Shown: one piece after another, positions 34,148-48,800 of the stretch
How positions within the stretch are numbered: position 1 is the stretch's first letter
Layout: the number at the start of each line of letters is the position of its first letter
Source: Chrysomallon squamiferum
Taxonomy: Eukaryota; Animalia; Mollusca
Length of the DNA: 64,000 nucleotides
Direction of reading: 5' to 3'
Assembly (NCBI GenBank): GCA_012295275.1
Contig: CM022670.1
Span: 11,904,001 to 11,968,000, forward strand
Made by a program: the position numbers and the translations under genes
Notes under the pieces: generated by a model
What the model was told of the DNA's origin: nothing
The model's input: only the letters and a program-made list of their open reading frames with translations
Database searches by the model: none

Positions 34148-37120
34148 ATGGACGGACGAACTGAACAAGAGGAACATGCAGAGCAAATATTTGCTGATCT
34201 GCAGAATATTGCAATAACACCTTTTCAAGGATGGGATGCGGTGAGTTAATTTCTAGCACATTAAATATTAAATATTTCACAAGTGATTATATTATTTTAT
34301 CATTTAGTGGACTGAATACATAGGACTTGAAAGATATTTTGAATTATCAATTTTGTAATTTTTAAATTTAAGGTAATTTTTATGATTGACTGGGATAATA
34401 AATCAGTTAAATTATTGATAGCTAAAAATCAGACTCGCTTCACACTGGATATTTATGATTTCGATATTGCAGTTAGTCAATCATCTCACTGTATCTTTTA
34501 TTTTTAACATTTCAGTTAATAATTTTTTCTCACTTTTTTCTTTCATTTTCTTCCTTACAGTCGTAATTATTTCATATTTAATTTTAATGATATATACAAA
34601 GTATAGAGTTTGAACATCTGAATTACCAGATTATGCAGAGACTGAGATAGCTGTATAAATATTTTTTAAAAGTGTAAGAAAATAATATCTCATTATCTGT
34701 TAAATATTTGTGTTTCTAATTTTAATTTTATACATGATTAGAATTTGTATAATAAATAATCTAACTTGATATAATTAGGTGGCATTCAATGCTTTATAAT
34801 TTATTCTTAATTTTGTTTACATTTATAACTATAGAATTTACCAGAGATGAATTAATATAAATTGTTTTAATTATTATTATTTTTAACTTTTTTTTCAGAG
34901 TGGCTCTTTAGAAGGTGATTATGAAGATGTTCAGATGGAAACAGGTCAACCTAAGAGTTCATCATCTCAGCCTGCTGCAGAGACATCTAGTGGAGGACAA
35001 ACATCGCTGAAAGACATGGACCAAGGATGGGGGTCACTGCTTAATCTTGCTGAACCAGAACTCACTGTGCAGTACCTAACTGGCAAGAACTTAACTGAAA
35101 AATTATTTCCTTATATAGGCTTATAATTCAGCTAACTTGTGACCAATTCATTGTCAGATGACAGAAAATTCAAATCTGAATTAAAGAGGCATAGCTTGTA
35201 ATTCCTGTTTTTTCTTCTGTATAAGCCATAAAGAACACACATGAAATTTAATTTTCCTTAGCTACCTTGGGAGTATTTCCCATTCCACCCAGAGCTTGTC
35301 ATGTGCAAATTGTAGGAAGGCAAATATTTAAATAAAAGATTGTAGGAAGGCAAATATTTAAATAAAAGACAATTTTGCTGCTAATCCACAAGATCATCCA
35401 GCAGTTTATATTTAACAACTACCAGTAATGACAGTTAATAAGAAAATGTGTAGAGGTACATTTTAAATGTTCAGTAATGTCTGATTAAGAGTGGATGTGT
35501 ATTTCAGGCAAGATATCCTTTCAAGAGTTCAGTGAGCGCATGGAAAAAGACAACACCGACACCGTTGAGGAAACAGAGACACTGACACCAAAGACTGACA
35601 TCGTTGAACTTTCCAAACGTGTCAGTGTTCAGCTTGATGATGACGACGACTTTGATGATGATGATGTTGGTGATTGCATAGACCCAAAAGACAAGGACTG
35701 GCAGCCTTCACCTAAAAAGAAAAGAGGTTGAGACTTATTTAGATGAATCTTACAGATTTTTTTATTGGCTAGTTATTATTGAGTAAATTATACCAATGGG
35801 AAAGTATTATAAAACAAAATTATGCTAACAGTTTATTGTTATAACTAATAATAGACTGGGTAATTATTGGGTAACTAAATGAATATTGTTTTTAGTTGAG
35901 TTTGTTTTACTTTATATTTTCAGATCAAAAGGCAGTTAAAGAGCAGAAAGAACAAAAAGCGAGGAAGAAAGTAAATATTATCTTTTAAAAACATTGACAC
36001 TTGCATTTATATTTATTGTTTTGCAGTGTATTATTTCTTTTGAAAATTTTTTCCCCTAATGGTTCCAGTAATTTTACTATAAGTGATTATTATTTGTCAC
36101 TGTTGAAATTCATGTCATTAGAGGAATATGCATGTAGGATTTAATTAATATGTGAAAAAAAGTGTACATATTTCACTATGTAAAAATGTATCTATGATAG
36201 TTGAATACAGTTGTTATTTAATGCATGATATTGCAGAGGAGAAGAAAAACTGATTTACCTAAAAGTTTGGAAGGTTTGATGGGTGAAGCAAATTTAAAAC
36301 TCGCGCGTGGAGACTACGAAGAAGCAGCTAAAATGTGTTTGGAGATTATTCGTCTTGGTAATTATTTTCTTATTAAACAGTAGAAGTGAAACATAAATGT
36401 TAATTGTTTTCTGATTAAACACAGATGTCAAATCTGCATTATTACTGTTCTTATTATTTTTCTAAATACAGGTTTGAAATGTAAATTACTTTTGTCTTTA
36501 ATTATTATTTGCTGAAATGTTTGTGTACTTGTGTCTATAATGTATTTATAAATAATTTTTGTGGTTAATTGTACCAGTATTGATTCTGGTGTGTATCATG
36601 GTACTTTAACTAAACCATTGCACTGTGAAATGAAACACTGAGCAGCTGAATATATTTTTAATGCTACAAATGTGTTTATAGTGATGAATTTTGTGTTTAG
36701 TTTATTAGTTATTTTATTAATCTTGTTGTAGCACCAAATGCTTATCTCCCGTTCCAAACACTTGGTATGTTGTATGAAGAGATGGACAATGTTGAGAAAG
36801 CAATGCAGGTAAATAAGCTTAACATTTATCTATGTGTTACTACATACAGATATGTATATCACCAGCTGTACTTACTCGGTACATTTAATTATCACAATTT
36901 CAGTTACTATGTATTATACATGTGTGTATTCTTGTTTCTGTTTTCATATTTTGAACACAAAGACAGACAGACACAATTTTCATCAAATTATTTAATGAAA
37001 ATGAAATAAAAAGACTTGCATATGTTTCTTTGTATTTTTCTATATATATATTTTTAATGTATTTCTAAAGTATATATGTTTATTTGGCTGTATTTTCTTT
37101 TCACTGTTTTAATTTTAAAA

Positions 37121-37171
<51 letters not shown>

Positions 37172-40100
37172 TAAGTTCTACCTGATAGCCACTCACCTGC
37201 GACCAGATGAACCGGAAGAATGGATTAGGTTGGCTGACATGTCTTTAGAACAAGGCAACATAAAACAAGCTCTTACATGTTATACACAAGGTATTAATTA
37301 TTCATTATTTTATTATTATTATTGTTATAATTATTATTTTAGAACTCTATTTGTGCGTTGATTAATTTTTGTATTGCTTTAAAATAATTAAAATTTAAAT
37401 CACAGAATGTTGAAATTGTTGAAACATTAAATATTAATAATTTACTATATACTCATACTGTAGTAGTACATCATTTTAATTTGGTCTATTTTGAATACAT
37501 ACACACACACAGACACACACACACACACACAACAAAACACACCTATCTTTAAAAATATTTTCTTTTTTTTTTTTACTATGGTATTTCATTAGTAATTAAT
37601 TTTTTCTTAACTTTTACATTTTGCTCAATAACACTTATGTTATTAATTAATTTCTTTTTGTTTTTATAATTACTGTGCCGTTTTATTAAATTTAATTAAC
37701 TTCATATTAATATCTATTCCTAGCCATCAAGGCTGATCCAAACAACATGGAGTATGTGTGGCAGAAGTGTAGTTTACATGAACAGCTAGGTGAACACAGA
37801 AAGGCTTTGGATGGCTACCAGCACATCCTGAAAATACTTCCACCTGATAGTGGTCCTCACTACATGCAGTTAGCCAGAAGTATGACCAAGGTTTGTTAGA
37901 AAAACCATTTCACATTGTGTTGTTCCAGTGTTTTAATCAATATTTATTGTCCCATTAAAGACTATAGTTTTTTAAAAAAATACCCTTTTTATTACTATGA
38001 TTATTTTTGATAATGTTTTGTTAAATAACTAGATATAAAAATAATTCCCCAAAATGTATTTTATAACAAAAGAGAAAGAAAATTATAAAATTTTAATATA
38101 TTTTTAAGGTGTGCATGTTTATTTGGCTATATTTTCTTTTCACTGTCTTAATTTCAAAAATTAAATTTATTTTTATTTTTATTTTTTTGTTATTGTTGTT
38201 ATTTAGGTTTATTTTACTGTTGTACTGTGTTTTTTATTAGACATATCATGAAATGGGAGATGTCAGTTCTGCTATTAAAACTATGGAGAATGCACTAAAC
38301 ACCCATCTAGCAGAAATCACATCTGAAGGTAGAGTTAATTTTTTATTTATTTAATTATTATTTTACACAGAAATAATTTGCTATAAACAAATGTTGAAGA
38401 CTTTGTATTTTACTTATTTTATCTATTATTATTATTATTATTATTCTTTTTGACAAGTAAATAGAGTACAACATTATTTCCAAAATATTTTACTCTGCCA
38501 AATATTCCTAGAATTATACCATTTGTTTTTTGTTTCACTGACATAATTGTTTCTTGAATTTTAATTGTAATTTATAAAAATCCAAATCACAAATATGCAT
38601 TTGAGAGGATTTAGCTGGATGTAAAAAATTGGCCAACAACCCTTTCAGGGTTAATACTACTACAATTTTATTTAATATTATTATCTTGTATTACAGATGT
38701 GAATGTTCTGTTAGAACTTCAACTCTCAGAGAAAATTTACTTCAAATCTCTTCAGGTAAATCATAAACAAACAAACAGTAACAGTATTTTTAATTTACAT
38801 TGTTATAGTCACAGATGGAATGAAAATATTTTTTGTTTTTGGTTTATGTACTAATAAAGTACACATTATCATTATAATAATTCTTTTTTTAGTAGGAAAT
38901 CTAACACTGGCATTTGAATTCTAGGTTCAGAGTAATAAAATAATGATGCATTGTAATAACAATAAAACTTGATTTTACATGATATTCATTTATTTATTAT
39001 AAAATAATAAAACCTAGTAATAATAACAATAATATGATTTATTATTCACGTACTGATAATACCTAATGGTGAGGTAATATCTGAAGATTGTAAATATCTA
39101 TAAGAAAATAAAGCACGATTTTACATAGTATATATTCATTTTATTTATTATCTGCATGACAGTGAAAAGCCTGGTAATTATGGTAATGGTGTGTTTTATT
39201 ACTCAGGTGCTGATAAAACACTGTGGTATTGAGATAATATTTGAAGATGGTAGAAAACTGTCGGCAGAAAATGAAATAGATATTGATGAACTGCAGAAAA
39301 TAGCTCCAAATGCTCAACAGTAAGTGAACATTTTTGTGATTTTGTTTTTCCCTTTAATGCATTCAGTGTAATTATAGCTTAAGAGTTATTACAAATACCA
39401 GATCATTTATCTAGCTTCCAGAAATCTCGATTTAAAAATAAAAAATTGTCTTTCAAGTAGTTTCAGTTCTTTTCTTTTTCACTTTTCATTGCTTATATTT
39501 TGTTTTAAGTATACATTAAGCCTCGGTGCAGAAAACAAGAAAATCCAGAAATAATGTTTACCTCTAATCCAAAGTTTTCCAGATAAATGATCTGGAACCT
39601 GTATTAAGATAATTTTTGGAAGTTTATTTACCTAACTAATCTACACAGATTCAATTGGATTATGGTTTTAAATAGACTTATTACCTTGAAATTTTATTAT
39701 TTATTATTATTAATATATATATATATATATATTTTGTTTTTTTGTTTTGTTTCCTCTCTTATACCTTATTTTAAATTAATGGTAACTAAACAGTACTTTT
39801 ATTTATACAAAATATTTTAATTGATTGTTATTTTGTAAACAGATGTCTTACCCCTGACCTTTTGCCCATTGACCTGCTTGTAAAGTTGATTGTATGTATG
39901 ATACATACAGGTATTATGAAACCTGTACAGGTGAGATGTTACCTATTTTAAAACAAATTAGAGGTTTTCAGAGATTTGTGAACTGTTGAATTATATTAAA
40001 TTCTTCAGCATTTATATTTCTCAAATCTAAATATTTACTGCTCATTGTATTTGTTTCAAATATATAAATATATGTGAGTGGAAGAAACCTTGATTTAAAT

Positions 40101-42842
40101 TTTTTACATTCACAAAAAAAGAAATATGGAAAAGGTTAGACTAAAAAAAGATATATATATATATTAATAGTAAAATAAATAAATAAGTGAAAAAAAAGAG
40201 TAAATCATAGAAAAAGAAATTAATAAAATTTAAAATTTAAAGAATTTTATGTATGTGTGAGCGTATGCAAAGACAACATTTCCTAAATTCTTTTTCAATC
40301 CAAATAATAATGAAAATTGTAAACAAACCAGTTATAGTGAATTATGTGTATATATTTCAGAACACACTGAAGTCTCTTTTTGAAGAAGAAATTGAAGAGT
40401 TTGGAGATTTGTATTTGGATGTTGCCGAGGCCTTCATGGACAAGGGACATTACTCTGATGCAGAACCAATCATCAGAAAACTTGTTTCTTCAAAATCGTA
40501 CAATAAGGTTAAAACTTCTTTTACTTTTTATTTTATTAATAAATTTGTTGTTATTAATTAATAATGAAAGATATGAGTAGTATTTTTAAATAACAGAATA
40601 TTTAATATTTGCAGTCAGTTCTATATTAAGCTGTAAGTATGCTGTTTAACATATTTTATTATGTCCCTTATTAACGCTATTTTAATATATTTTCTTCTTT
40701 AACAGGCCGCAGTGTGGCTCCGTCTGGGTGAGTGTCTGAACTCCATGGGAGATCTTCATGGAGCTGTGGAGGCCTACACTCAGGTTGTGGAGAAGGCTCC
40801 ATCTCATTTTGGAGGACGAGTGTCACTGTCTGCCTTACAGCAACAACTTGGCAAACATGAAGAGGCCATACAGGTCCTTTCTACAGGTGCAGTTACTGAC
40901 CGAACAGAAAATAGAGACAGACCCTTTGTTAATATGTCATTAGAGTTAATGGAGACCTGTTTCTTATATAATTATCTTCGATGTAATATGGGAAAGTTAA
41001 ATTTCTATCTACAAAAATTTATAATACTTCATGAATGTTTTTATAAATTTTTTATTATTTTATAATTATTAATTTTTATTATTATTATTATTAGTGTAAT
41101 ATATCCACTTAATAAATTGTAAAATATTTTATTTTTGTTTTCAGAGGACGAACAGCAGGGAGAGATGTCGGATCAGGATCAGCTGCTGCTGCTGCACAAA
41201 TGTCACCTGTTGTACTCCCAGGACAAACTTCCAGAGTTCGTTCACTCCAGTAAGAAACTTCTCTTTAACCGCTTCAGTCAAGTGTACGACCCGTCCTTCA
41301 TGAGAAGTAAGTTCCACTGTATTCATTAATCTTCAAACCAGTTCAGTCAAACAGAATAACCAGTGCATAGTTGACTGTTTGATTAATAAAGTAATTTTAA
41401 AAAGTAATAGTAATGCAATTTTGCTAATTAAAGAAAAGATATTTTTAAAAATGTTTTTGTCATCATCATTATTAATAATTCTCAATTTCCATTTTAATCC
41501 TGCATTTTATGACTGGTAAAGAAATTTTGAAAATAATGAGGTTTTTTGGTAATATTAAGATCTTTATTAAACAAGGAAATTTGTATATTCATGTTTTGTT
41601 TATATTTTTTTAGTTGTGTTCTCTTACCGGACTCACAAACACAGAGCAGATGCTTTGAGGGTTTTCCTCAACCGAGACACCAATCTGTCAGGAATGGGTA
41701 AGAATTGTTTTGTTTTTTACACCTGTTAGACTACTTCATACTGCACCACAAATAAGTGTTCGAAAGATCTAGCATGCTACAGTTAATTCTTGTTTCTGAA
41801 ATGTTTGAGATTTTTGTTTTTGTTATTTATGTATTTAGGGTTTTTTTTATTATTATTTATAAATGCATTTATAAATAAGAATTCTTTTAACATTTATCTG
41901 TTAGCCTGCTTCATAGTGCACAATAACTACTTGAACTATTTGCTGACAGTCTTGGGATCATTATAGCGGACATAATAGTTAACTATTGATTTTTCAAATG
42001 TTTGAGATTTTCTTCTTTTTTTATTTATTTATTTATTCTTTATTATTTAAAAAAAAAATTAAATTATCAGTATGGTTACTTTTATGAATTAGTGATATGA
42101 AAATTAACACTTTGTTTTCAGAGAAACCAAGTTCATTTCAGTCTAGTCTGAGTGATGAAGACAAAAGTGTTAAAGATAATGATCTGTGGGATGTTTACAT
42201 CAAAGTAAGTTATTAACTCATAACATATATTATAAATATCCTTTTTTATATTTAATGTTATTACTTTATGTATTTACACATAGATATATACCACAGTTAG
42301 TAATATTTTTGATCTCTTTCTTAATTAGAAATGTATGTGTCAAATATAATTAGTTTCAAACTTAGTGAGTATTTTAACTGATACTTCAGACTGTATCAAA
42401 ATTTTTTTATTTTACTAGTAATTTAAAATATATAAAAATCAACTAGACTGTTTCAGCCCAGTTTGCTTTATCATCATTTGGAAAGAAAAAACTTCTACAT
42501 CATTAGCAAACACAAGTTTCAGTGATTCCAGTCCTAAGTTCTTTTATTAAATGTTAACTGGTTATAGAATAAATTTAAGACTATACAGATTTTTAATAGT
42601 TTGGAAATGTCAGTTTACGAATGATTTTAATAAACTGATTATATTCTAGCTGTGTGATGCTCTTCTCAAACTGAATCATCTTGAAGAGTTGATGGAGATT
42701 ACAACTCTTGGCCTCGCCTGTCCACAGTTCATGAACGACAGAGCAAAAATAAAGGTAATTCTTTTAAAAAGAAATTATGAATGCAATTAAATACACTTTT
42801 TGTGCTTATGAAATTTTTGGCATGTTTTTTTTATTATTTCAT

Positions 42843-42879
<37 letters not shown>

Positions 42880-45789
42880 CAAGAAAATGTAATTTGTGTA
42901 AATTATATTATTGCCACATTAGAATATCGCTTCTTTGCTGATGTTTTTCATCTGTATTCCACACTTTCTTACTGATCTCTCACTGTAAATTTATTAATAT
43001 GTTCAGAAATACTCGGGAAATGGTACAAAAAATGTTTAATTATTGACCATAACAATTCTATTATTATCATCATCATCACATTGTTATTATTATTATTTTA
43101 TTATTATTACTGTTATAGTAATTATTCTTATAAAATAAGATGTATAGTATAATATTTATTTAAAGAATATATACATATATATTAAAATATCTTGTTGCTA
43201 ATTGTTACATATGCTAAATGCTAATTGTTTCTAATTGCCTTTTGTGTGGTGGGTGGCTTTCCAACAACATAAATACATATTATAAATAAATATTTGTTAT
43301 TTTACAGGAGAGTGAGTTTATTTGTCTGACAGCGTGTGTTCTCAACAAAAATGGACAGTTTGCTTACAACTTCATCAGAGATATCTGTATCAAGGTAACT
43401 AGTTTTACATGAACATGCAGTCTTTAGTCATCAAATACAAATACTACAATTTTTGTTTGGCAACTTGACATATTTAATAACACAACATTACACTTTTTAT
43501 TAAACAGCAACAAGAAAAAAGAGTTTGACATGATAATGGCTTATTCATTTTTAAATATAATTTGTATTGTTGAACAAAATTTTTGATACTAAAATCCAGC
43601 AGTGTGCTGTCAAAGCTTGTTTGTTTCTTAAAATGATAGTTTCTTGTTTTTTTTTCTTTTTTCTTTAATTAATTAATTTATTTATTATTATTTTTATTAG
43701 TGTTACTGTTGTTATTGTTATTACTATTTTCAAATTTTATCAAAGTTCTGTTTTATCTAGGTTTTTTTTTTTTTTTTTGTTTTTTTATTATTTCATTCTC
43801 ATTCTTTCAGTCTTTTTGATTTCATTGTTTAAAAAAGAAAAAAAAAAAGAAAAAAGAAAATGAAGAATGAAAGAAAAAACCCTTCCAAGACTTTTTGTTT
43901 ATTTAGCTAATTTAAATGTTGCAGGCACCACACAACAATCAGGCATGGAACTTGTTCTCACAGATTGTCAGCTACACCTCAGATATTCGAAACAGAAAAT
44001 TTGCTCTTGGCATGCTTATGAAGGTAATTCAGAGAACAAAAAAAAAAAAAATGACAGCAATTTATATCTAATATTAATAATAATTAATAGAGTTAAATCT
44101 GAAATATTTCAGTTAATATGATATTTGACATTGTTTATATTGTAAAAATAGGAAAGTTGTAGTATTTTTTCTTTTAATATGATTATTGCCATTTTGTTTT
44201 TGTATTTTAAGTTATTACATAACTTACATATATATATGTATATATATATATATTTATTTATTTATTTATTTATTATATAAATATCTTAGATTTTAAAAGC
44301 ATTAACAATATTGTTGAGTATATCAGAGACAGACAAGATAAAACAGAGAGATTTTTTGTATTTTATGTTCATCCATTACAAAAATCATATATAATTTAAA
44401 TCATTATTTAAAAAACAGATACTTTTTTGAAGTTTATTTTTAGAAATATTTATACAAATTACTTACTTCAAGGTTTCAATTGTTTTAGTGCAGTGTTTCT
44501 CATGGAATCAAGATTAAATTGACAGCAGAGATAATGAAGTTATAATCAAACACGTTCTGCTGTTATATTTGTATTTCTCTGTTTTAGGATCCTGACAACC
44601 AAGCTCTGGGTATTATTAATGGACACAACAGTTTGATCTGCGGTACATACAAACATTCATTAGGTAATTTCCACATTATACAGTATTTCATCACCTCTAA
44701 TTAAGTAGTAAATATTTTTTTTTATATTTCTTAATTAGAAAACAAACGTGCAGAAAAAAGTAATAAATATTGGTAACTTGTTTTCATTAGTCCTTTTTTA
44801 TGTTGTAACATCTTTAAAAAATAAAATGAAGAAAAGAAAAACCATACAGAAGCCTTTTAACTATTGTGAAACATAATAAATTAACAGTGAAATGAGGTTA
44901 GCTTGATCAGCATTGTCATCTTTTTTACCATTCTTTTTAAAAGTGAAATAATATTATCTACTGGTATAACCATTAATTATCCAATATTTTCTTCTGCATT
45001 TGCCAACCCAATAAAAAAAAAAAACCCATATAAATATTATCTAAATTAACAAATAAAAGTTATGACATATAAAAAAAAAAAAAAAAAAAAAAAAATTAAA
45101 GTTATAATTTGTTGTTGTTTTGCAGGTGAATATGTGGCTGTCCTGCGACACACCCCGAGAGACCCACTAGTAAATTTCTGTATTGGTCTTTGTTTTATAC
45201 ACATGGCTTGTCAGAAATTCTCCAGCAAAAAACATTCTCTTGTAATGCAGGTCAGTAAATAAATATCTCTTCTTGCGATATATAAATTTAATTGTTTTAT
45301 TTTTATTCTCTCTCTCTTTTTTCCTTTTTTTATATATCAATATATTGCACATTTCTGTGAATAAGTTGGTTATTAATAACAATTTCTTTTTTAATTTATT
45401 TTATTGTATTTTTTTGTATTGTGCATGTGTATATATAAAATCACTAAATTCAAATAATTCAAAAAAAAAATATGTGTGTTTATTTTTTTTTTTTATCAAT
45501 TATTTGAATTTACTGATTTTGTACATTTTATCAAGTTATCTAGTTACAATTACAGTGCTTGTTCATTTCACTGTAATAATTATTTTTGACTTTTATTTCT
45601 CATTTCAGGGTTTGGCTTTCTTGAACATTTATATGGAGCTGAGAGGGGAAAACCAGGAGACTTACTACAACATTGGCAGAGCTTTACATCAGTTAGGTAA
45701 GTGTATCTAGCTTTTCATAATAAAACTTGTAACTCAGTCTGAGTTGATGTCGTAGTTTAAGTGTGTGTTTCTCTTTCTTCCTTCTGATG

Positions 45790-45822
<33 letters not shown>

Positions 45823-48800
45823 TCACTTGAATGTAAGTTTGTTTTAGGTTATTTTAAAATTGTTTTATATACAGTAATTGAGTAAATTCTGTACTTAAAT
45901 TTTTCAAATCAATTTCATGATGCAAACATATTTGATATAATCAAATATTATTTCCGTAAATCAAGTATTGGCGTTTTTTTCCCCACCTAATTTTGATGAT
46001 AATTTTTTTCAGGTTTAAAATATGCTGCAGTTTTCTACTACAAGAAAGCTCTGCAGTTCCCCCCAGTTATTGCTGATGAAAAGGTAGGCATCATGTTCTC
46101 TACCTGTCTGTCTGTCTGTCTGTCTGTTTTTCTGTGTTATTGGTTAGGAATTGGACAAGATGATGTTTTCTGTGTGTCTGTCTCTGTTTAACAAGAAAAC
46201 ATTTCACTCTTCTCTAGTTTTCGGTCATAAAAATAAATATTTGTCAGTGTGTGTCTCCATTTTTTTTTTTTTTTAATTTTTTTTCTTTTTTTTGCTGCAA
46301 TTTGATAAAACTGTTCAGTTTTCTCAGTTGTTATTAGTGGCAAGAGGGCATCCATTTGTCTGTATGTGTCACTTTATTTACATTATCAGTTGTTTCATTA
46401 TTCACAGTAACCTCTGTTCTTGTGTCACAGAACCTTGATTTATTTAATCAGTTCTTTCACCACTTTGAGACTGATGTGGATGCTGCCATTAAATGAAACA
46501 AAACTGAATTATTTCTAATCTGAGAATCTTTATAAATCAGTGCACTGTGACAGCTAAAGTGCAGATCACTCGCAGAACAGTTTTTCATCATCAGTGAACT
46601 AAGAATTGTAAATCTTCCCAGAAACTTTAACAAGAAGTGATTCCTCTTCCATTTTACTGTGATGAAAAACTGTATATAGATTCCATAGTCTCAAATTACG
46701 CACACTAATTCAGTAGTTTAAGATATGAATATTAATTATGTTAATTAAAATATCTTAAATAAACATTGAATCTATAGCTAAAAAAATATACATGTATATA
46801 TTGAAAGGCATACCTAAATATGTACATACATACATACATACATACTTCCATATATTCTATGTATTGAAATACATAGATATTCTATAGTTAAAATATTTAC
46901 ATATTCATTATTTCATTATATATATTCAAAAATGCATAATTGATTTTCTAGTTTATAATACGTAAATTGATTCAAGTATTTACAATATGATTGTGTAATT
47001 TCAGATATTCATGTCTGTAGTTTGAAATGTGAATATTGATTTTACAGTTTAAAACATATATTGTCATTTACTGAACATACTGATGTTATGGTTCAAAATA
47101 AGAAAGTTTAAATAAAGATTATATAAATAACCTTGTCTGAACACCTCTTATGACAAATAACTAATTTTACTTTTATTTGTATGTACAAATACTGTTGGGG
47201 CTGTATACATAAAGTAGAAAACGACATCATTTGTTTAGTTTATAAATACTGTATGTGTGTGTGTGTGTGTGTGTGTGTTCTCTTTGTGTTTCTCTCTTTC
47301 TCTGTGTTTGCTTTTATTTTTCTCTTTTTTATTTCTCTTAAACAAGATTAAAAAAAAATATTTCTTCTGCAGTTTAAAGAATTAATTTCTTTATTGCTTT
47401 TTTCAAATCCTGTTTTTGAGTAATATTTTAAATACTAAAAACATTTTAGTGTTCATTTTTCTATAAAGATGTTTATTATTTTTTCATTTTTTTATTTCCT
47501 ATAATAAAATGTTTTTGTTTTTTTTTCGGTATAATTTGCTGTTGTTATTTCTTTCTCTCCCCTTTATAAAAAATAACACAAACAACAAAACCTTCAGGAA
47601 ATTCATAAGCTGTTCAAATTTAATATCTTTGGATTTGCCATTAGCAAATTTATAATAATTTATTGTTCCCAGGAGGCAGCAAAGGCAATATTTTGAAGAT
47701 ATCAGTATTGTGTCAACATCCTTTAGTTAATCAATGTACAGCAATTATAGACATTTTGCCTCAGGCATGCATGGCTGTGGGATCAATTCTCTGAACCTAC
47801 TATGTAGTTCTATTTCTGGCATGTCAAAGTCTTTGTGCTTTTTCTTTCTTTCTTATGAAAATTTCAAAAAAAAAAAAATTCAATTACTTGGACTTTGAAA
47901 TATCAACATTTTTAAAATTTAAAAACAGATTAAAAGCTGTACATTTTGAGAATTCACATTTTTGTTCATTACTGTGTTTATATAGATAATAACATTTTAA
48001 GAAATATGAATTGGACAGGAAAATATCTAAAATGTTTTTTTTAAATTAAAAAAAAAAAAATAAAAATCATAACTTTTTTTAATATGTAAAGATAGTGGAT
48101 ATAATTTTAAGAAATTACATAAAACACGATAAAAAAGAATGATAATTCATGCAGTTTCTAAAACCATTATGATTATTGATTCATTATATGCTCTAGATTA
48201 TAGACACATTAAATACAACGGTAATCATTAATATTTCTGTAATAAACTATCTTATAGCTACTTTAATTTTACCTCTGAATCAATAACAAAGCCTGCTGAC
48301 ATTAACTGTTCAATACTTTGTGATAATTTCAAACTATGGTCAAACAAACATAAAATAAATGGTAGAACTATGGTTGCAGTAAAGTAATGGTTTTCTTGCT
48401 TGTCCTCTGCATTAAAGTCAAATGAAAATGTTAAACAGTCACTTGAGATGTAGATGGAATGAAGACTGTGTTAGGCAGTTTTATTTTACAGTTGTTACTC
48501 ACATGTCTGTAGTAATACTGGAAAAACCAAAATTGTCATTGTTTTGTTGAAGAGCTTTTATGAGATACAGATTGTAACAAAAATCTCTTTGTGGGAAGCA
48601 ATTTCTTTTTAACTTGATTTATTTATTTATTTATTTATTTACTTACTACTACTATTATTGTCATTCCCACTATTACTAATTCAACTTTTACTACTATACA
48701 TTTATTTTAAAAATGTGAGACAAAGGAATGTTACATAAATCCCATCCATATTTTTCTGAAACAATAAAACCAGCAACCAAACCATTTCTTTTTCCTTTTT

